From assembly GCF_001194135.2 (NCBI RefSeq), contig NC_068991.1:47362714-47426713 (forward strand): a DNA stretch of 64,000 nucleotides. Reading direction: 5' to 3'. The translations under genes were made by a program, and so were the position numbers. This DNA comes from Octopus bimaculoides. Lineage: Eukaryota. The stretch's first letter is position 1. Each line of letters begins with the position of its first letter. The notes under the pieces were generated by a model. It worked only from the letters and a program-made list of their open reading frames with translations. It had not been told where the DNA came from and made no database searches. Of the stretch, positions 1-12,458 are shown piece after piece.

Positions 1-3000
1 AAGCTGCTGGAACTGAAGCAGCATGACAATGGGTGACATATGAAAACATCTACTGCAGGTCCACAATGATGATGGTGCCACTAAGAAATACATTGCTCCA
101 GTCCACTCAGCTGGCAAAAATGAGTAGTACTTGTATTTCAAAAGGACCAGCCTTGTCACATTCTGCATCATGCTGAATCTCCCTGAGATCTACGTTAAGA
201 GTACACATGTCTGTAGAGTGCTCAGCTACTTGCACATTAATTTCATGAGCAGGCTGTTCCGTTGGTCGGATCAACAGGAACACTCGTCATCATAACCAAC
301 AGAGTGTCAGTTAATTTACATTGGGTACACAATATAAAATTCCCACCTAGTTCTTTTCTGTATATTAAACATGGCTTCTTTATAGATAAGAGTGTTCTGC
401 ACTCTCCCTTTGCTAACCAAAATCTTTGTCATTGATAGGTTCACATTTAGACATCTTCATTCTAAGTTCTGCTTCTATATGTTATACACCCATAATTTAC
501 ATTGGGTACACAATATAGGATACCTATACATTCCTTTTCATGCCATGTAAAAAGCACTGATATGGGTACTGGTGTCATATAAAAATACACTGATGCTGGT
601 GTCAAGTAAAAACACTCAGTACACTCTGTGGAGTGGTTGGCATAAGGAAGGGCATCTAGCCATAGAAACCAAGCCAAAACAGACTATGGAACTTGTCAAG
701 CTTTCCAACCCATGTCAGCATGGAAAATGAACATTAAATATTGATGATGATGATGATGATGATGATGAACATGTTACTTCAAAGATGGCAGAGTTCCATA
801 TTCTCTCTTGCAAACCAAAACCTTTGTCTTTGCTAAATTTACTTTTAGGCTTTTCAATCTTAAGTCCTGTTCTTCCATTCTGGACTTCTCTAATTCTTCA
901 ACTAATGTGAACTAAGTCGTCAGCAAACAAACATACCAACAAACAAATGGTTTTCAACCCCTTTGTTATGATCTAGAGAAATATAATTAACAGGTGGGGG
1001 ATGAGCACCAAGCTCTAATGAACACCTAATTATAGGAATCAAATAAATTCCTTCCTGAACTCATTACCAACTTCCGCCTTGCTGATAGTTCATGCTGTAC
1101 CTAGCTGACACAGCTCTTAAAAGCTATTCATCTATATCAAATTTTCTCAGCAACCACTAGAATAGAGTGCAAGGTATCTTGTCAAAGGCATTCTCCAGAT
1201 TTAGTTAATAATGGCTTGCTCTTAGCTTAAAAACATCTACAGTTGTCTCACTAAGAATAGAGTACTTGTTTCCTGCCTTGATATAGCTCCTAGATGTAAT
1301 AACCGATACGTTTTTCACGAACTTACTGGTTTGACTTCAAATCCTGCCTAAATCAATTTAGTTTTACATCCATCCAAAATCAATAAAATCAACTATGAGT
1401 TACATGAATAAGTGCTATATTGGGTCTATGAGTCTTCATGAAGCCATTAACGATTAACTTTATCCCTTAGTCTAGCATTCATGACCAAAGCCAGCAAATA
1501 ACAAAAGCAACAAGTGAATATATCTGATATTCCAACTGAAAACAAGTAACTTGTATACAAGAAATATTAAAACTATTTTAGAATATGTCAGTGCATTGCA
1601 TGGGCACAGTTGACTGACTCAAAGCAGTAAACAACTGATTGCATCAGTAATAATTTTGTTTTTAATTCAGAACAAACCAATCTCATTTCTTCAGTAGAAA
1701 GGTATCAGCTGAGATATGTATACATGGACAAACACATTAATATACCTATTATATGCATAATGAATAAAACAAACATGAAAATGAAGATTATTATGATAAA
1801 CATTGACTAATTCTGAAAGACATGCTTTCAAGTGAGATAACCATCCAATCATAAAACCTATGCACCAATTATATATGCACTAATGGGTATTGAGTGTTAT
1901 CTTAATGAGTAATTCCGTTCCTACTTTGGATAGTAACTGACCAACCATTTGAGGGTAAACACACAAGATTAGCACACCAGCCATGCTAGTCTGATTAAAG
2001 ACTTCACTGCACAATCTAGTAAACAGTTTTGTGACATGGATGCAACTAGGGTCAGATTTAGGCCAACAGATACCCTAAGCACAACCCAACTATGGTGCCT
2101 TCTCTATTCTTCTATTGTTGAAGGCATTAAGACAACAGTCCTGAAGGTGAAATAAAAGTTTTTAAAAATTGAACTTCCTTCCAAGCCTCCTCTACAACCA
2201 TATCAAATATAACTTATTTTTTAATTCTATTTAACACTAACTAGCAGTAAGTAATACAAGTAATTTACTTATAACTACGACAAGAAAAAAAATACAAATT
2301 TCCAACATTTGATTCTTTTTCTAAATAAACTGTTCTAATGTACTAATTTAACATTTGCACAATGATAAAAAATAAAACCCGTGTTGTCCTAAGTACATAT
2401 TTTGTTTGATTAAACTCTAAATGTAACAACTGATAATAGTGATGATAGCATTTATAAAGAAATCTATTTGGAAGAGGTCACCCTTCACCAAGTTAATGTG
2501 AGCTCTGCATTACAAATTAATGAAATACCTTTGAATTTTATTATACAGCAGCTGCTTACAACAGCAGGTTGTTTTTATTAACACCCCTAACAAAATTATG
2601 TAACAGGATATGAATCATCAACCTCTCAATTTGTTATCCAATATCCTATTCATTCAGCTGTCCACATTCTCAAATACCAATTCTGATGAGACTATTAGTA
2701 CTATGTTTTCACTAGACTCTAACCATCTCAATACTCTTGAAGGCCTAGGGTAACTAATTCAAAGTCAGTAGCAACCTTTCACTAGATATACCAAGCTTCA
2801 GTATACTTTAAGATCACATAATCATGCAGTGTTTAGTGGTGTGAGAGGTAAGTAAGGCTGAACATATATTACTTCTAGTTTGCAATCCAAACTATAGTGA
2901 TTACAGACTTTAAAGTAGTGGCAACTCAATATTTTAAAGTCTAGAATGACAATTGATGCTGTAATTACTTTGATAGGGATAGGTTGTTTTGTATTTGTCT

Positions 3001-5741
3001 GAAATAGATGGAAGAGACTGGATTTTACAATGGTAGAGTGTTGTTGATATACTCATATGTTTGCCACTGGTCCAACATATAGTAAGAGCCATGGAGTTTA
3101 AAATAGAATGTGCTATGGACAAGTGGGTGTTGCTGTTTCACTCCGAGTCAGCTCTGATTGACAGCCTATGATCAAAGATTTTCAAGCACCATGATCATCT
3201 GGTCTTTTAAGTCAAGCATAATGCATCTAGAATTATTATTTTTTTATGTCCTTTTTTTATATCTTATCTTTCATGTGATTTAAGGCAATTTGGTTGTTAT
3301 TTCTATTAGATCGTATGACATTGTAGAGACTTTCTCATGGTTTTGGAACTTGATGCAAATAAGCTGAATATGACCCAATGGATGTGCAACATTAATTTAC
3401 AGCCAATATGTGAAGGAAAGTGATCTATGCTGGTATAAAAATATCTTGCTAAAAGGATAACATCTAGATGAAAGGGTGTTAGATATTGGTAATGAAAAAT
3501 GGCCATAGCCGTAGAAAAAACCTAGGAAAGCAAAATGGTGAGGATGATAGAATGTGATGTTATTTCTAGCAGAATAAACAACCATGTAAGGGCCATTCTT
3601 TTGCTCACGTGGCTTTGTATAGTTTGCTATGGTGCAGCAAGCACTTAATATATTATGACAAAACAGGTTGGTTACAAGAGAGGCTAAGAGACAAGTAAAT
3701 GGCATTAATGTAGTTGTCTTTTAGTTTGGAGGAAACGGTGATAGTTGGACATTGTGCTCCAATTGTGAATTTGTTGGTTAACTCCTCTTTAACAAAAAAA
3801 AATTATGAACTACAGAGTAGACTTAAGAAATTTGGTAATCTGGCAATTACATCAGTAGCATGAAGAGAAACGAGAAGTTTTGATATTCATGCCTTTATTA
3901 TAATTACTAACAACATAAATGATATAATCTTAGCTGAGACTGGAAACCCAAAAAGATTTGGGTTACTGTGAACTAACAACAATGAATAAACTGTTTCTTA
4001 CACAGGCGTAAGTCAGAGATTGCGACGATCATGTCTTTTCCAAGGGCATGAGATACGTAAATGAATTAAAATGGCTTCAGACGAGAATTGAAACAAAAAT
4101 AGCGTGGCTAAATTTAGACAAACACCGAGATGGACTTTGCCAAAGGACATAAATACTTGGTGGGGAAGTATCTCAGCAAGTAGCCCAGGAGGCATCCTAA
4201 TTATCTAGTCATATACTTTGAAATTTAAATATAAGCAACGGATTCTGTGCACAAGTGTATGTGTGTGCGCGCATATTAATCTCTAAGTAACAATAAAGAG
4301 AGGTAGATCGAAGACAAATAGAGCAAATTAAAAATCCTGTATAATGTTTGTGCTATCAGTCAATAGAGTTTTAAAAGCCATTTTAAAGGCCATCTCCATT
4401 ACCAAATGGCCTTTAAACAGTGTTTAAAGAACGTTACGCAAGACTAGCGAGGTTTGAAACATCGAGAGTCTATCACAAACAAACACTATCGATTGTGTGC
4501 GTGAGGCACTGGTTCGAGTTTTTGTAATCTTCAAATTGCTAAATAGGCTGAACGTAACAATAAATACGCCCTTCATGTGTTATGTGCGGGTAAGAGTTTA
4601 TTGCTAAACATGTTTTTAAACTTGTTACATTCAGCAACAACAAAACAGATCAATGTGAGGTTGATTATTCTGAAAATGAATAGATATTATTTTTGTTTTA
4701 AGTATTACTGCCACTTCCTAGCTTCTCTTCCGCGATTCAATGAGCTAATTTACACACTAGCCAACTAGAACAATAATTAGAGAGGCGTGGCGATGGTAGT
4801 GGCAGCGACTGATGGGTGAGGGTGGACTGTCATTGGTAGTAGCTAAAGGGAAGATGAGGTTATCTATATAATAACGATTTTTGTTCAGAGGTTCACGACC
4901 ACAAATGTATAGCTGAAGAGGAATTAGTTTGCGTGACGTTCTTGTCATTTTCTAATGCATTAACAGAATGAAGAGCAGTGAAATTAACTTTCAAATTGAG
5001 AATAACAGAGAAAAGAAAAGGTCTTTCGAATTTCATGCCTAAATTAATTAAGAGTGATAGAAGTGATGTTGATATTTCAATCTTTTTTCCTTGCAAATCC
5101 AAAAATACAGAAATTCTGTCGATTATCTACATCAACTCCGCCTCCTACCCAATACAACGGTCGCGTGTGTGTGTGTATGATAATTCTGACACATACTGGA
5201 TGATATTTTTCTTGTATATTCCAATACTGACTTACGCAGAAAAGTACAGCAGATTAGATTTATACGAAATCAAAATGAGATGAGGGTGTAGTATCATTAC
5301 CCAGGATGTATAGAGGGAGGGAGTTAACGATACAAGTTCGTATATTAACCTCGACATTTCAACACATTCGACAGTGTATAACCATTCTCCAACTTCACTA
5401 ATTTTTCAATTAATGTTCCTTCTGTGCTTGAAATGATCTGTTCAAAACTCTTACGTATAATATTAGCCTGTTATAGCGTGTACATAGAAGTACTGTGATC
5501 GACTCTTCACTAAGTATAGATATGATTGGATTTTACAGCTTGGATATGTATGAATACAGTAAGGAGGAAAATCGCTTTTTCCTACGAGTAAGGAAAAGAG
5601 CTGTCACCTGTACACGGAGCGAACCAACAGAAGACAAAACAGAAAGCAGGATTTTAAAAACAAAACGTTTATACATATTGAAAGAAATGGAAATAAACAG
5701 CAAACAGCAACAGTGGGAAAAGTGTTTCTAAAAACAAATAT

Positions 5742-5984
5742 ATGTATACACACACACACACACACACACGTGTGTGTGTGTGTGTGTGTTTGAGTACTGC
5801 GTGTATGTGTATACGTGTGTGTGTGTGCGTATATGTGTATACGAGTGTGTGTAGGTGTGCGGGCGTGTATTTGTGTGTTGGTGTATGTGTATACGTGTGT
5901 GTGTGTGTGTGTATGTGCGTACGTGTGTGTATGTGTATACGGGTGTGCGGGCGTGTATTTGTGTGTGTGTGTGTGTGTGTGTGT
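5742..5984. repeat. Compound (TG/CA)n microsatellite at the start of RALGAPA intron 1
   Basis: About 240 bp of interrupted TG/TA/CG dinucleotide repeats, starting 14 nt past the donor. Confidence 0.95.
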
Positions 5985-5998
5985 CATAGTTAACTTAC

Positions 5999-6104
5999 CT
6001 AGAAGTACACGCAAATGCTTCAATCTGGTTGGAGGATCCTTTTTGTTATCCAACACTTTCTGCGCCGACTTCTTAATATCTCCATGGGCGGCTTTTCTGA
6101 ACAT
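5999..6104 (-). CDS. RALGAPA: RalGAP alpha subunit, first coding exon (gene continues left of the window)
   Basis: Translation [35 protein letters not shown] closely matches the N-terminus I recall for vertebrate RALGAPA1/2 ([32 protein letters not shown]). ATG at 6104; phase-1 donor G|gtaagt at 5998. An in-frame upstream ATG is at 6119. No exon 2 recognised in 1-5998. Confidence 0.93.
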
Positions 6105-6192
6105 GTACAGAGCCGACATCTAGCATTTAAGATTCACAATTCATTTTTCATTGCAATCACTAGGCGACACTTTCTCGCACTCCGACAATAAC

Positions 6193-6223
6193 AAATGGCG
6201 GCCTATTTATATGAGCATGCGCA
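6193..6223 (-). promoter_or_regulatory. Putative RALGAPA core promoter (NRF1-like, TATA, YY1-like motifs)
   Basis: Minus strand reads TGCGCATGC (6223-6215), TATAAATA (6211-6204), GCCGCCATTT (6202-6193), about 90-120 bp upstream of the ATG in a CpG-retaining patch. Confidence 0.55.
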
Positions 6224-7180
6224 GTGATTAGAGCCAAGTCCAGCAACTCTTGTTGCTTCATGACTCAAAATTCCTTTTTATCTAAGAAAATTTTTTAGTT
6301 TTTTTTCTCCAGTGATTTTTTAGAACGGTAATGGAATTATTTTTCTATAATTTCTATAATTTTTTTTATCGAAATGTATGATTTATTTAAACAAATTTTA
6401 TTTTGATAAAGTTTGTCCCTACAGTGATAAGTCCCGTAATCCACAGGTTGTAAAAAGCATCTTTAAGAACTTTTTCAAGCCTTATCCAGAGGAAGAGGTG
6501 ACACCAGAACTGCAACCTAACAACCATTTGTTAATATGAAAATGACGCTACAAGCAATAATGGGTTGTTACCATTATGAAATACATAATTGATAGCAAGG
6601 ATCATTTGAGAGATGTCTTGGATGTGAACAAAATTCAAAGATAGTAAGATAAAAAAAACTATCAGACTCTAAACTGGTTGTCCAGTACCCTATTGATTCA
6701 ACTGTCTATGCTCTACTATTAGATATATAAAAGCAATTATATCATTAAAATATTTTAATGCTATTACTTATATCCAAACTATAATCAGAAAATATTCTTT
6801 TCTACTCTAGGCACAAGGCCTGAAATTTTGGGGGCATGGAGCCAGTCGATTAGATCAACACTAGTATGCAACTGGTACTTAATGTATCGACCCTGAAAGG
6901 ATGAAAACCAAAGTCGACCTCAGTGGAATATAAAGACAGACAAATACAGCTAAGCATATCATCTGGCATGCTAAAGTTTCTGCCAGCTCTCTGCCTTTAT
7001 AATCAGAAAATATTGTCCACAGAAGCATGGCTGTGTGTAATAAGAAGATTGCTTCCCAGCCATGTGGTCTTCAGTTCAGTCCCACTGTGTGACATCTTGG
7101 GTGAGTGTTACCTACTATAACCCCAGGAAGATAAAAGCCCCTGTGACTGGATTCGATAGATACCCATTAAATATGTATGT

Positions 7181-7618
7181 CATAATTCAGTTTTATTTCA
7201 AGATTTCTTGCCAATAGAGAAGGAACTAGTTTCTAACCTATATCCAAGGTTCCTTCATTGGAATTTCAACAACATCAGCAGGGTATGTATGTATATGTGC
7301 AGATTTGTATGCTTTGTTTTATGTATGTATTCTCATGTATATAGTTGCATGTCTAGACATGCTCATATATATTTAAATTATAAACTTCTGGAAAATTTTA
7401 CAAATTTTTACAGTTCTAGATATGTATTGGATCTGTAGTCTTCGAATCAGCTTTCCCTTTTCTGGTTTTCAGAAGCCTAATTTTTCAAGATTGATATTTT
7501 GGCAGTGTGTTACATATCCCAGTGCCCAATAATTACAGGTATAAACCTGAACTTGTAATGTGGATAAAGTAACTGCAAGTTTCTCAATACTTCAGTGTAG
7601 GTATTTTCTTTTTCAGCA

Positions 7619-7620
<2 letters not shown>
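7181..7620 (-). mobile_element. 3' end of a REL-type (R4/Dong-like) LINE inserted in a SINE-internal microsatellite
   Basis: EKENTYTEVLRNLQLLYPHYKFRFIPVIIG/ALGYVTHC..NLEKLGF*..LIRRLQ..RTVKICKIF* (stop 7373-75), then about 190 nt of 3' UTR. Flanked by tatgtatgt and (TG)n(AG)n of the surrounding SINE. Confidence 0.7.
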
Positions 7621-7649
<29 letters not shown>

Positions 7650-9636
7650 TAGTGCATGTGTCTGCCTTTGTGTTTTGCTTTGCTTGACAACCAGTGTTGG
7701 TTTGCTTATGTCCCCATAAACAAACCAACACTATTCAGCAAAAGAGACTTGAATCTGTATCAGACTTTCACAGTAAGTACTGGGGTTGATCTGTACAACT
7801 AAACCCTTCAAAACAGGGCTCCAACATAGCTACAGTCCAGTGACTGAAACAAGTAAAAGATAAAAGATGAACTTTGCAGGTTTGAGACCTTTAAATCAGG
7901 AACATCTTCAGAAGTTCTTCAAGACATCATTATAAAATTAGAGTAATAACAGTTTATATAGAGACTAACTCTTTTGTGACTGTATTTTTAACAAAATACA
8001 CTGCCTATATACTTTGATTAATTTTTTAAGTAACAGGATAATTTGTTTAGATTAAATTTGGCACACTTTGACTACTTGGGATGCAGCAGAGAGGGCATTG
8101 AGAAACAGCAGAGACAAGACAGCAAATGGACAGTGAACAGATGTGGACAGCTGCTGACAACAGCCACAATGAACACTTGGTGACAGTAAGACAACAACCA
8201 GTAGCTAACTTTCTGACTACTGTTACAATTACATCGAGAACAATAACATTCAAACTCTTGACATTCATAGTAACAACAGCATTTGTTTTTTTTTATGTGC
8301 AAAAAGAATAAAAGTTTTTGATTTGTCAAAAATAACAAACTTTTCCAGTGTTCTTTTTCATACAAGAGTAATAACATCATGCATGTTATCTCATCCTAAA
8401 TAACAGGATTTTTCATTTACATTTTCTTGAATTACCTCTGAAATTTCATTTTACAATTTACAGTTTTATCCAAGACAACAGAATGTCATATAATTAGCCA
8501 CATGGTCAGCAGTTTGTGGCTTGTCATTAACACTACATTACATCTTTGACCAAGGTACCTTGATCTCAACAGTCATGAGCCCTTAATTCTAATTAGACAC
8601 AGAAGCAGATGATGTAAAGCAATGATGAAATTGTGAGATATTTTGTTAATTTGTAGGATTAGTTTAATTCCTCTGACAAGATAAGCTACCTGTTGACTAT
8701 CTACAATCCAAAAGGAAACTTTTTTCTCTCATACTCTTAATAAAAAATAGCCACCAGCTTTATAAATTCGTCTGGTTTAGAAAATAATTGATCTTTATCT
8801 GAAGATACATTCAGTAATAAGGGAAAATTTCACTGGAAAATAGATATACAAAAAAAAAAAAAAAAAANNNNNNNNNNNNNNNNNNNNNNNNNNNNNNNNN
8901 NNNNNNNNNNNNNNNNNNNNNNNNNNNNNNNNNNNNNNNNNNNNNNNNNNNNNNNNNNNNNNNNNNNNNNNNNNNNNNNNNNNNNNNNNNNNNNNNNNNN
9001 NNNNNNNNNNNNNNNNNNNNNNNNNNNNNNNNNNNNNNNNNNNNNNNNNNNNNNNNNNNNNNNNNNNNNNNNNNNNNNNNNNNNNNNNNNNNNNNNNNNN
9101 NNNNNNNNNNNNNNNNNNNNNNNNNNNNNNNNNNNNNNNNNNNNNNNNNNNNNNNNNNNNNNNNNNNNNNNNNNNNNNNNNNNNNNNNNNNNNNCCCCTA
9201 GTACTTGACTAATATCTTTTTTTCTATTGACCTTAGAGAGATGAAAAGTAAAGTTGACTTTGGCAATATTCCAAATCAAAAGATAAAGGGTTACAATCAA
9301 ATATTGCAAGGCTTTTTTTTTTTGATGTTTTATTGATTCTGTCAATCAATTGATTTACTCAGTTAATTCAAGTAAATGAGGAAGCCTCTTTGTGATTGTT
9401 TAACTAGATAGAAATAGCAGCCAAATCTCCTTCAGATTACAGCCTGCCATCTTGGAAAAGGAGACTTTGAATAATATAGTTTTGGATATCTGTGTCTGAG
9501 AAAAAGTTGGAATGATCATGACTCAAATATCTTGCACCATAAATCTGCTCAATTAGTGCAGATCTGGAGCAACAGTGTAATTGAATTAATAATCATTTGA
9601 TCAGGTAAAATATTTGGTGATAATAATAATTGGTAG

Positions 9637-10035
9637 CTAGCTGGACCCGTGAAAACTTCACGGGAAACATAAAAAATGTAAGCATCTGTAAATAGTGACT
9701 TCATTTAATAATTATTGAATTATTATATATAAGCAGGACCCTGGCAAATTGTACAAAATACAAAAATTGTAAGCATCTTTAGATAGTGACCACCTTCCTT
9801 TCAGTCACCACTCACTCTGTCTCTCACTCTCTCTTTCTCTCTCACTTCCTCTCTGTTCCTCCTCTCTCTCACTTTGCTACTCACTTCAACTATACCTCCT
9901 CTGCTTAACACCTTTCATTTCTCTTTTCCTCTGTACCTCTCCCTTCAATTGTAGAAAAGTAAGTGACATCAACAAGTATTTGTTGAGAGAGTGTGAGAGA
10001 GAGAGAGAGAGATGCAGACAGACAGAATAAGTATC

Positions 10036-10070
<35 letters not shown>

Positions 10071-10514
10071 GAGGCAACATTTCTTTTTGCAATTTCTATA
10101 TTTTCAACTGCTTTATCCTATATCCTCAAAAAGGAAAAGTTTTGCAGCATTTTCTCTATGACAGTATGAGAACGGTTTCATTCTCTTTCACTATTATTCT
10201 CTATCCACTCCCTTCCTTCACTCAGTCTATCTCTCTGACTCTGTCTCTCCCCCTCTCCCCTCTCCCTCCTTTATGTCACCTTGCTTCTCACACATCTTCC
10301 TGTGTTTAAAGCGTTACATTCGTCTTATCTGTCAGCGGTATGAAACTCCGCTCTCTCGTTCCGTATCTGTCTCTCCTCTTTGCCTCTCACTTCAACTATA
10401 CTTCCTCTGCTTAACTAGTTTTATTTCTCTCTTTTTACCTCTTCCTTTATAGTAAGTGTGACCACAGGTATGTACATAAAAAAATTAGCATATTAATATT
10501 TAGGATAGAAGGAT
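9637..10514 (+). mobile_element. Possible non-autonomous Helitron/Helentron-like (DINE/HINE-like) element
   Basis: Starts CTAGctgga followed by hairpin CCCGTG-aaaactt-CACGGG. Internal duplicated blocks (about 9873-9965 vs 10378-10460), (GATA)n and CT tracts. Ends ttaatatttaggatagaaggat. Architecture-based call only. Confidence 0.4.
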
Positions 10515-10679
10515 CCAGGTGAATACTTACTGATAATACAAAAATAACAGAACCAAGAAAAATTTGGATTTAGATATTGCTAGGTGTGTGTGTGTGTGTG
10601 TGTAAAATATACACACAAACACAAATGGAAAATGTACCGGTGCAGTACCTAAAATGAGCAATCCAGAAACAGATTCTCT

Positions 10680-10900
10680 TAAATGCCTGGACAGCCCATT
10701 AGAGATAGTTGATAGCTTTTCTTGCTTTTATTACCTAGGAGGCATAATTAGCAGGGGAGGAGGTTACTCCAAAAGTAAAGTAGCCAGGATAAGAACAGTG
10801 TAGAAAAAGTTCAGGAAGCGTCCACCATTGAATCATTGAATCTGATCTATTACACAAGTAAGTTGAATGCTGAGACAATTATGTTGTATAAAATGAATTC
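10680..10900 (+). mobile_element. RTE LINE RT fragment
   Basis: LEIVDSFS..YLGGIISRGGGYSKSKVARIR matches the RTE motif VDSFCYLGDMIS.GGG...ARIR. Confidence 0.6.
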
Positions 10901-11479
10901 AAACTATGTAGAATAATTCACTGAAGAGATAAGGACTATATGGGATGGATGTACATGATTTTGCCTTGAGGATTCCTCAAATACAGGTACTCAGGTTTCA
11001 TATATACACATTCTAGAAAAGACAAATTCCTTTGAAATTCATATTTTGGATAGTTTATTTTGGTGGTACTGAGGTGAAACTTTTATTCTAGGCAAGTAGT
11101 GAAACAACACAGTAAAGTACCAGTATAGTACTAACTAATGAAGAGTTTGTGGGGAAAGTTACAGGAGGTGTGATGTGAGGAGGAGGCAGTATGCAACTTG
11201 TAGGCTGTTGTAATAGCAATGGAGTAAGGAAGATGTTAAAACAAGTCCTTGCTAGCCAGATAGCCTTCTTTTGATTAATTTAATTTTGGATGTGTGAGCA
11301 GCTTCCTCTGACTAATTATTGTTAAATAAATCTAAACCATACATGACTATTACTTTGTGATGTTGAAAACAAATATCATTTTCAATGAACATAATTATTG
11401 GTAATATTTAGACTCCATGTAATTTATGAAACTTATTAATGTCTTATTTGAGCATTGTAGGGAAGGACAACAGGAGCTC

Positions 11480-12230
11480 TTTCTGAGATGTTCTGCAATG
11501 GAAGGGATATTTATAAGATCAGTAACCTTGATGGCTTGAATGACCAAAAGTGTTTTATCACTTGGCATGTATGAGTACAGGGTAGAATGGAGCAGGAAGT
11601 TTTATTGAATGTGAGCAATGTAGGGTTGAAAGCAAAGCAGACAACAAATGTGAAATCTTTTTCTGTGAGAGTATTCCACAAAATTAGTGTAATAGCTACA
11701 GCAAGTATAGCAAGTGAAGTCACCAAAGACAATTTAAGAGAAAGAGGTGAAGTGATATAGATGTCCAATATTCAGACTGAGAATTGGTTGAATAGCTGCT
11801 AACGGTTGAATGATCTAAGCAAAAGTTAATTTAACATGCATGTAGGTACCATATTTCAGAGCAAAATTGGAAAATAATGTATCCTGGACAGTCAAGACAG
11901 GTGAGAAATTTGTATCAGTGAGGGACAGGATGCATGACTTACATTCTAGATAAGGTGATGGGCAGCATTCAAGTTGGACCAAAGTCTATGGATGTTTGTT
12001 TATAGAGAAAAGAGTCGACCAGTAGACTGAGCATTATTGATATTTGACTTAATTTCCTTGATGTTGGAGACCATGTCTCAGGTGTTGTTGTTAATCAATA
12101 CTGTGATCCCTATAAGGGACCAGCTGGATATGTCAGTGTCCATGGCCAAATCTATTGAAATCCTGTGTTTGCTGGAGCTTCAGTAACAAGCTACAAGGTT
12201 ATGTACCAGTTGATAGAATCTTGGTATATT
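11480..12230 (-). mobile_element. Highly decayed CR1/L2-like LINE 3' region; boundaries approximate
   Basis: Faint motifs PYLECKSCI and LWNTLT..TFNK on the minus strand. Confidence 0.35.
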
Positions 12231-12240
12231 ACTGGCTTTA

Positions 12241-12458
12241 CAAGGGGGTGCTGAAAGGTTCCCAGCTTTAAGAATATTGTGAAAGTCCTGGTTGGAGGCC
12301 CAAACCTCTGAGTTCTTTTACAGGGCTTAGAAAAACTGAAGGACTGCTGCAATAAGTGTGTGAATCTGAGAGAGGAATATGTGGAATAAAATCATAATTA
12401 ACTGATTCTCCTATATTTTCTTTTTGCCCAAAGCCAGAAACTTTTCAGCACCTCCTCA
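12241..12458 (+). mobile_element. Internally deleted mariner (MITE-like, 218 bp)
   Basis: TA flanks (12239-40, 12459-60). About 30-bp imperfect TIRs (caagggggtgctgaaaggttcccagcttt / aaagccagaaacttttcagcacctcctca). Retains the transposase C-terminus LQGLEKLKDCCNKCVNLREEYVE*. Confidence 0.85.

Noticed and set aside
1-5998. RALGAPA exon 2
   Set aside because: No minus-strand segment matched the expected F-F-x-x-x-x-S-x-I-Y pattern; it presumably lies left of the window.
5604-6123. Long ORFs rich in HT/CV/YI repeats (5604-6119, 5742-5993, 5815-6123, and similar at 41308, 44234, 55548, 56318, 56395)
   Set aside because: They are translations of microsatellites. Only the 6104-5999 part of the first is a real exon.
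6194-6226. ATGGCGGCC as the start of a plus-strand head-to-head gene
   Set aside because: Stops after 10 codons with no donor; better explained as a YY1-like motif.
7880-8185. Phase-compatible plus-strand exon pair (7880-7942, 8051-8185) with a single in-frame TGA at 8181, a possible selenocysteine or divergent gene
   Set aside because: The first acceptor is weak and abuts a SINE tail, the peptide resembles no protein or selenoprotein motif I know, and no start exon was found. It cannot be excluded without RNA data.
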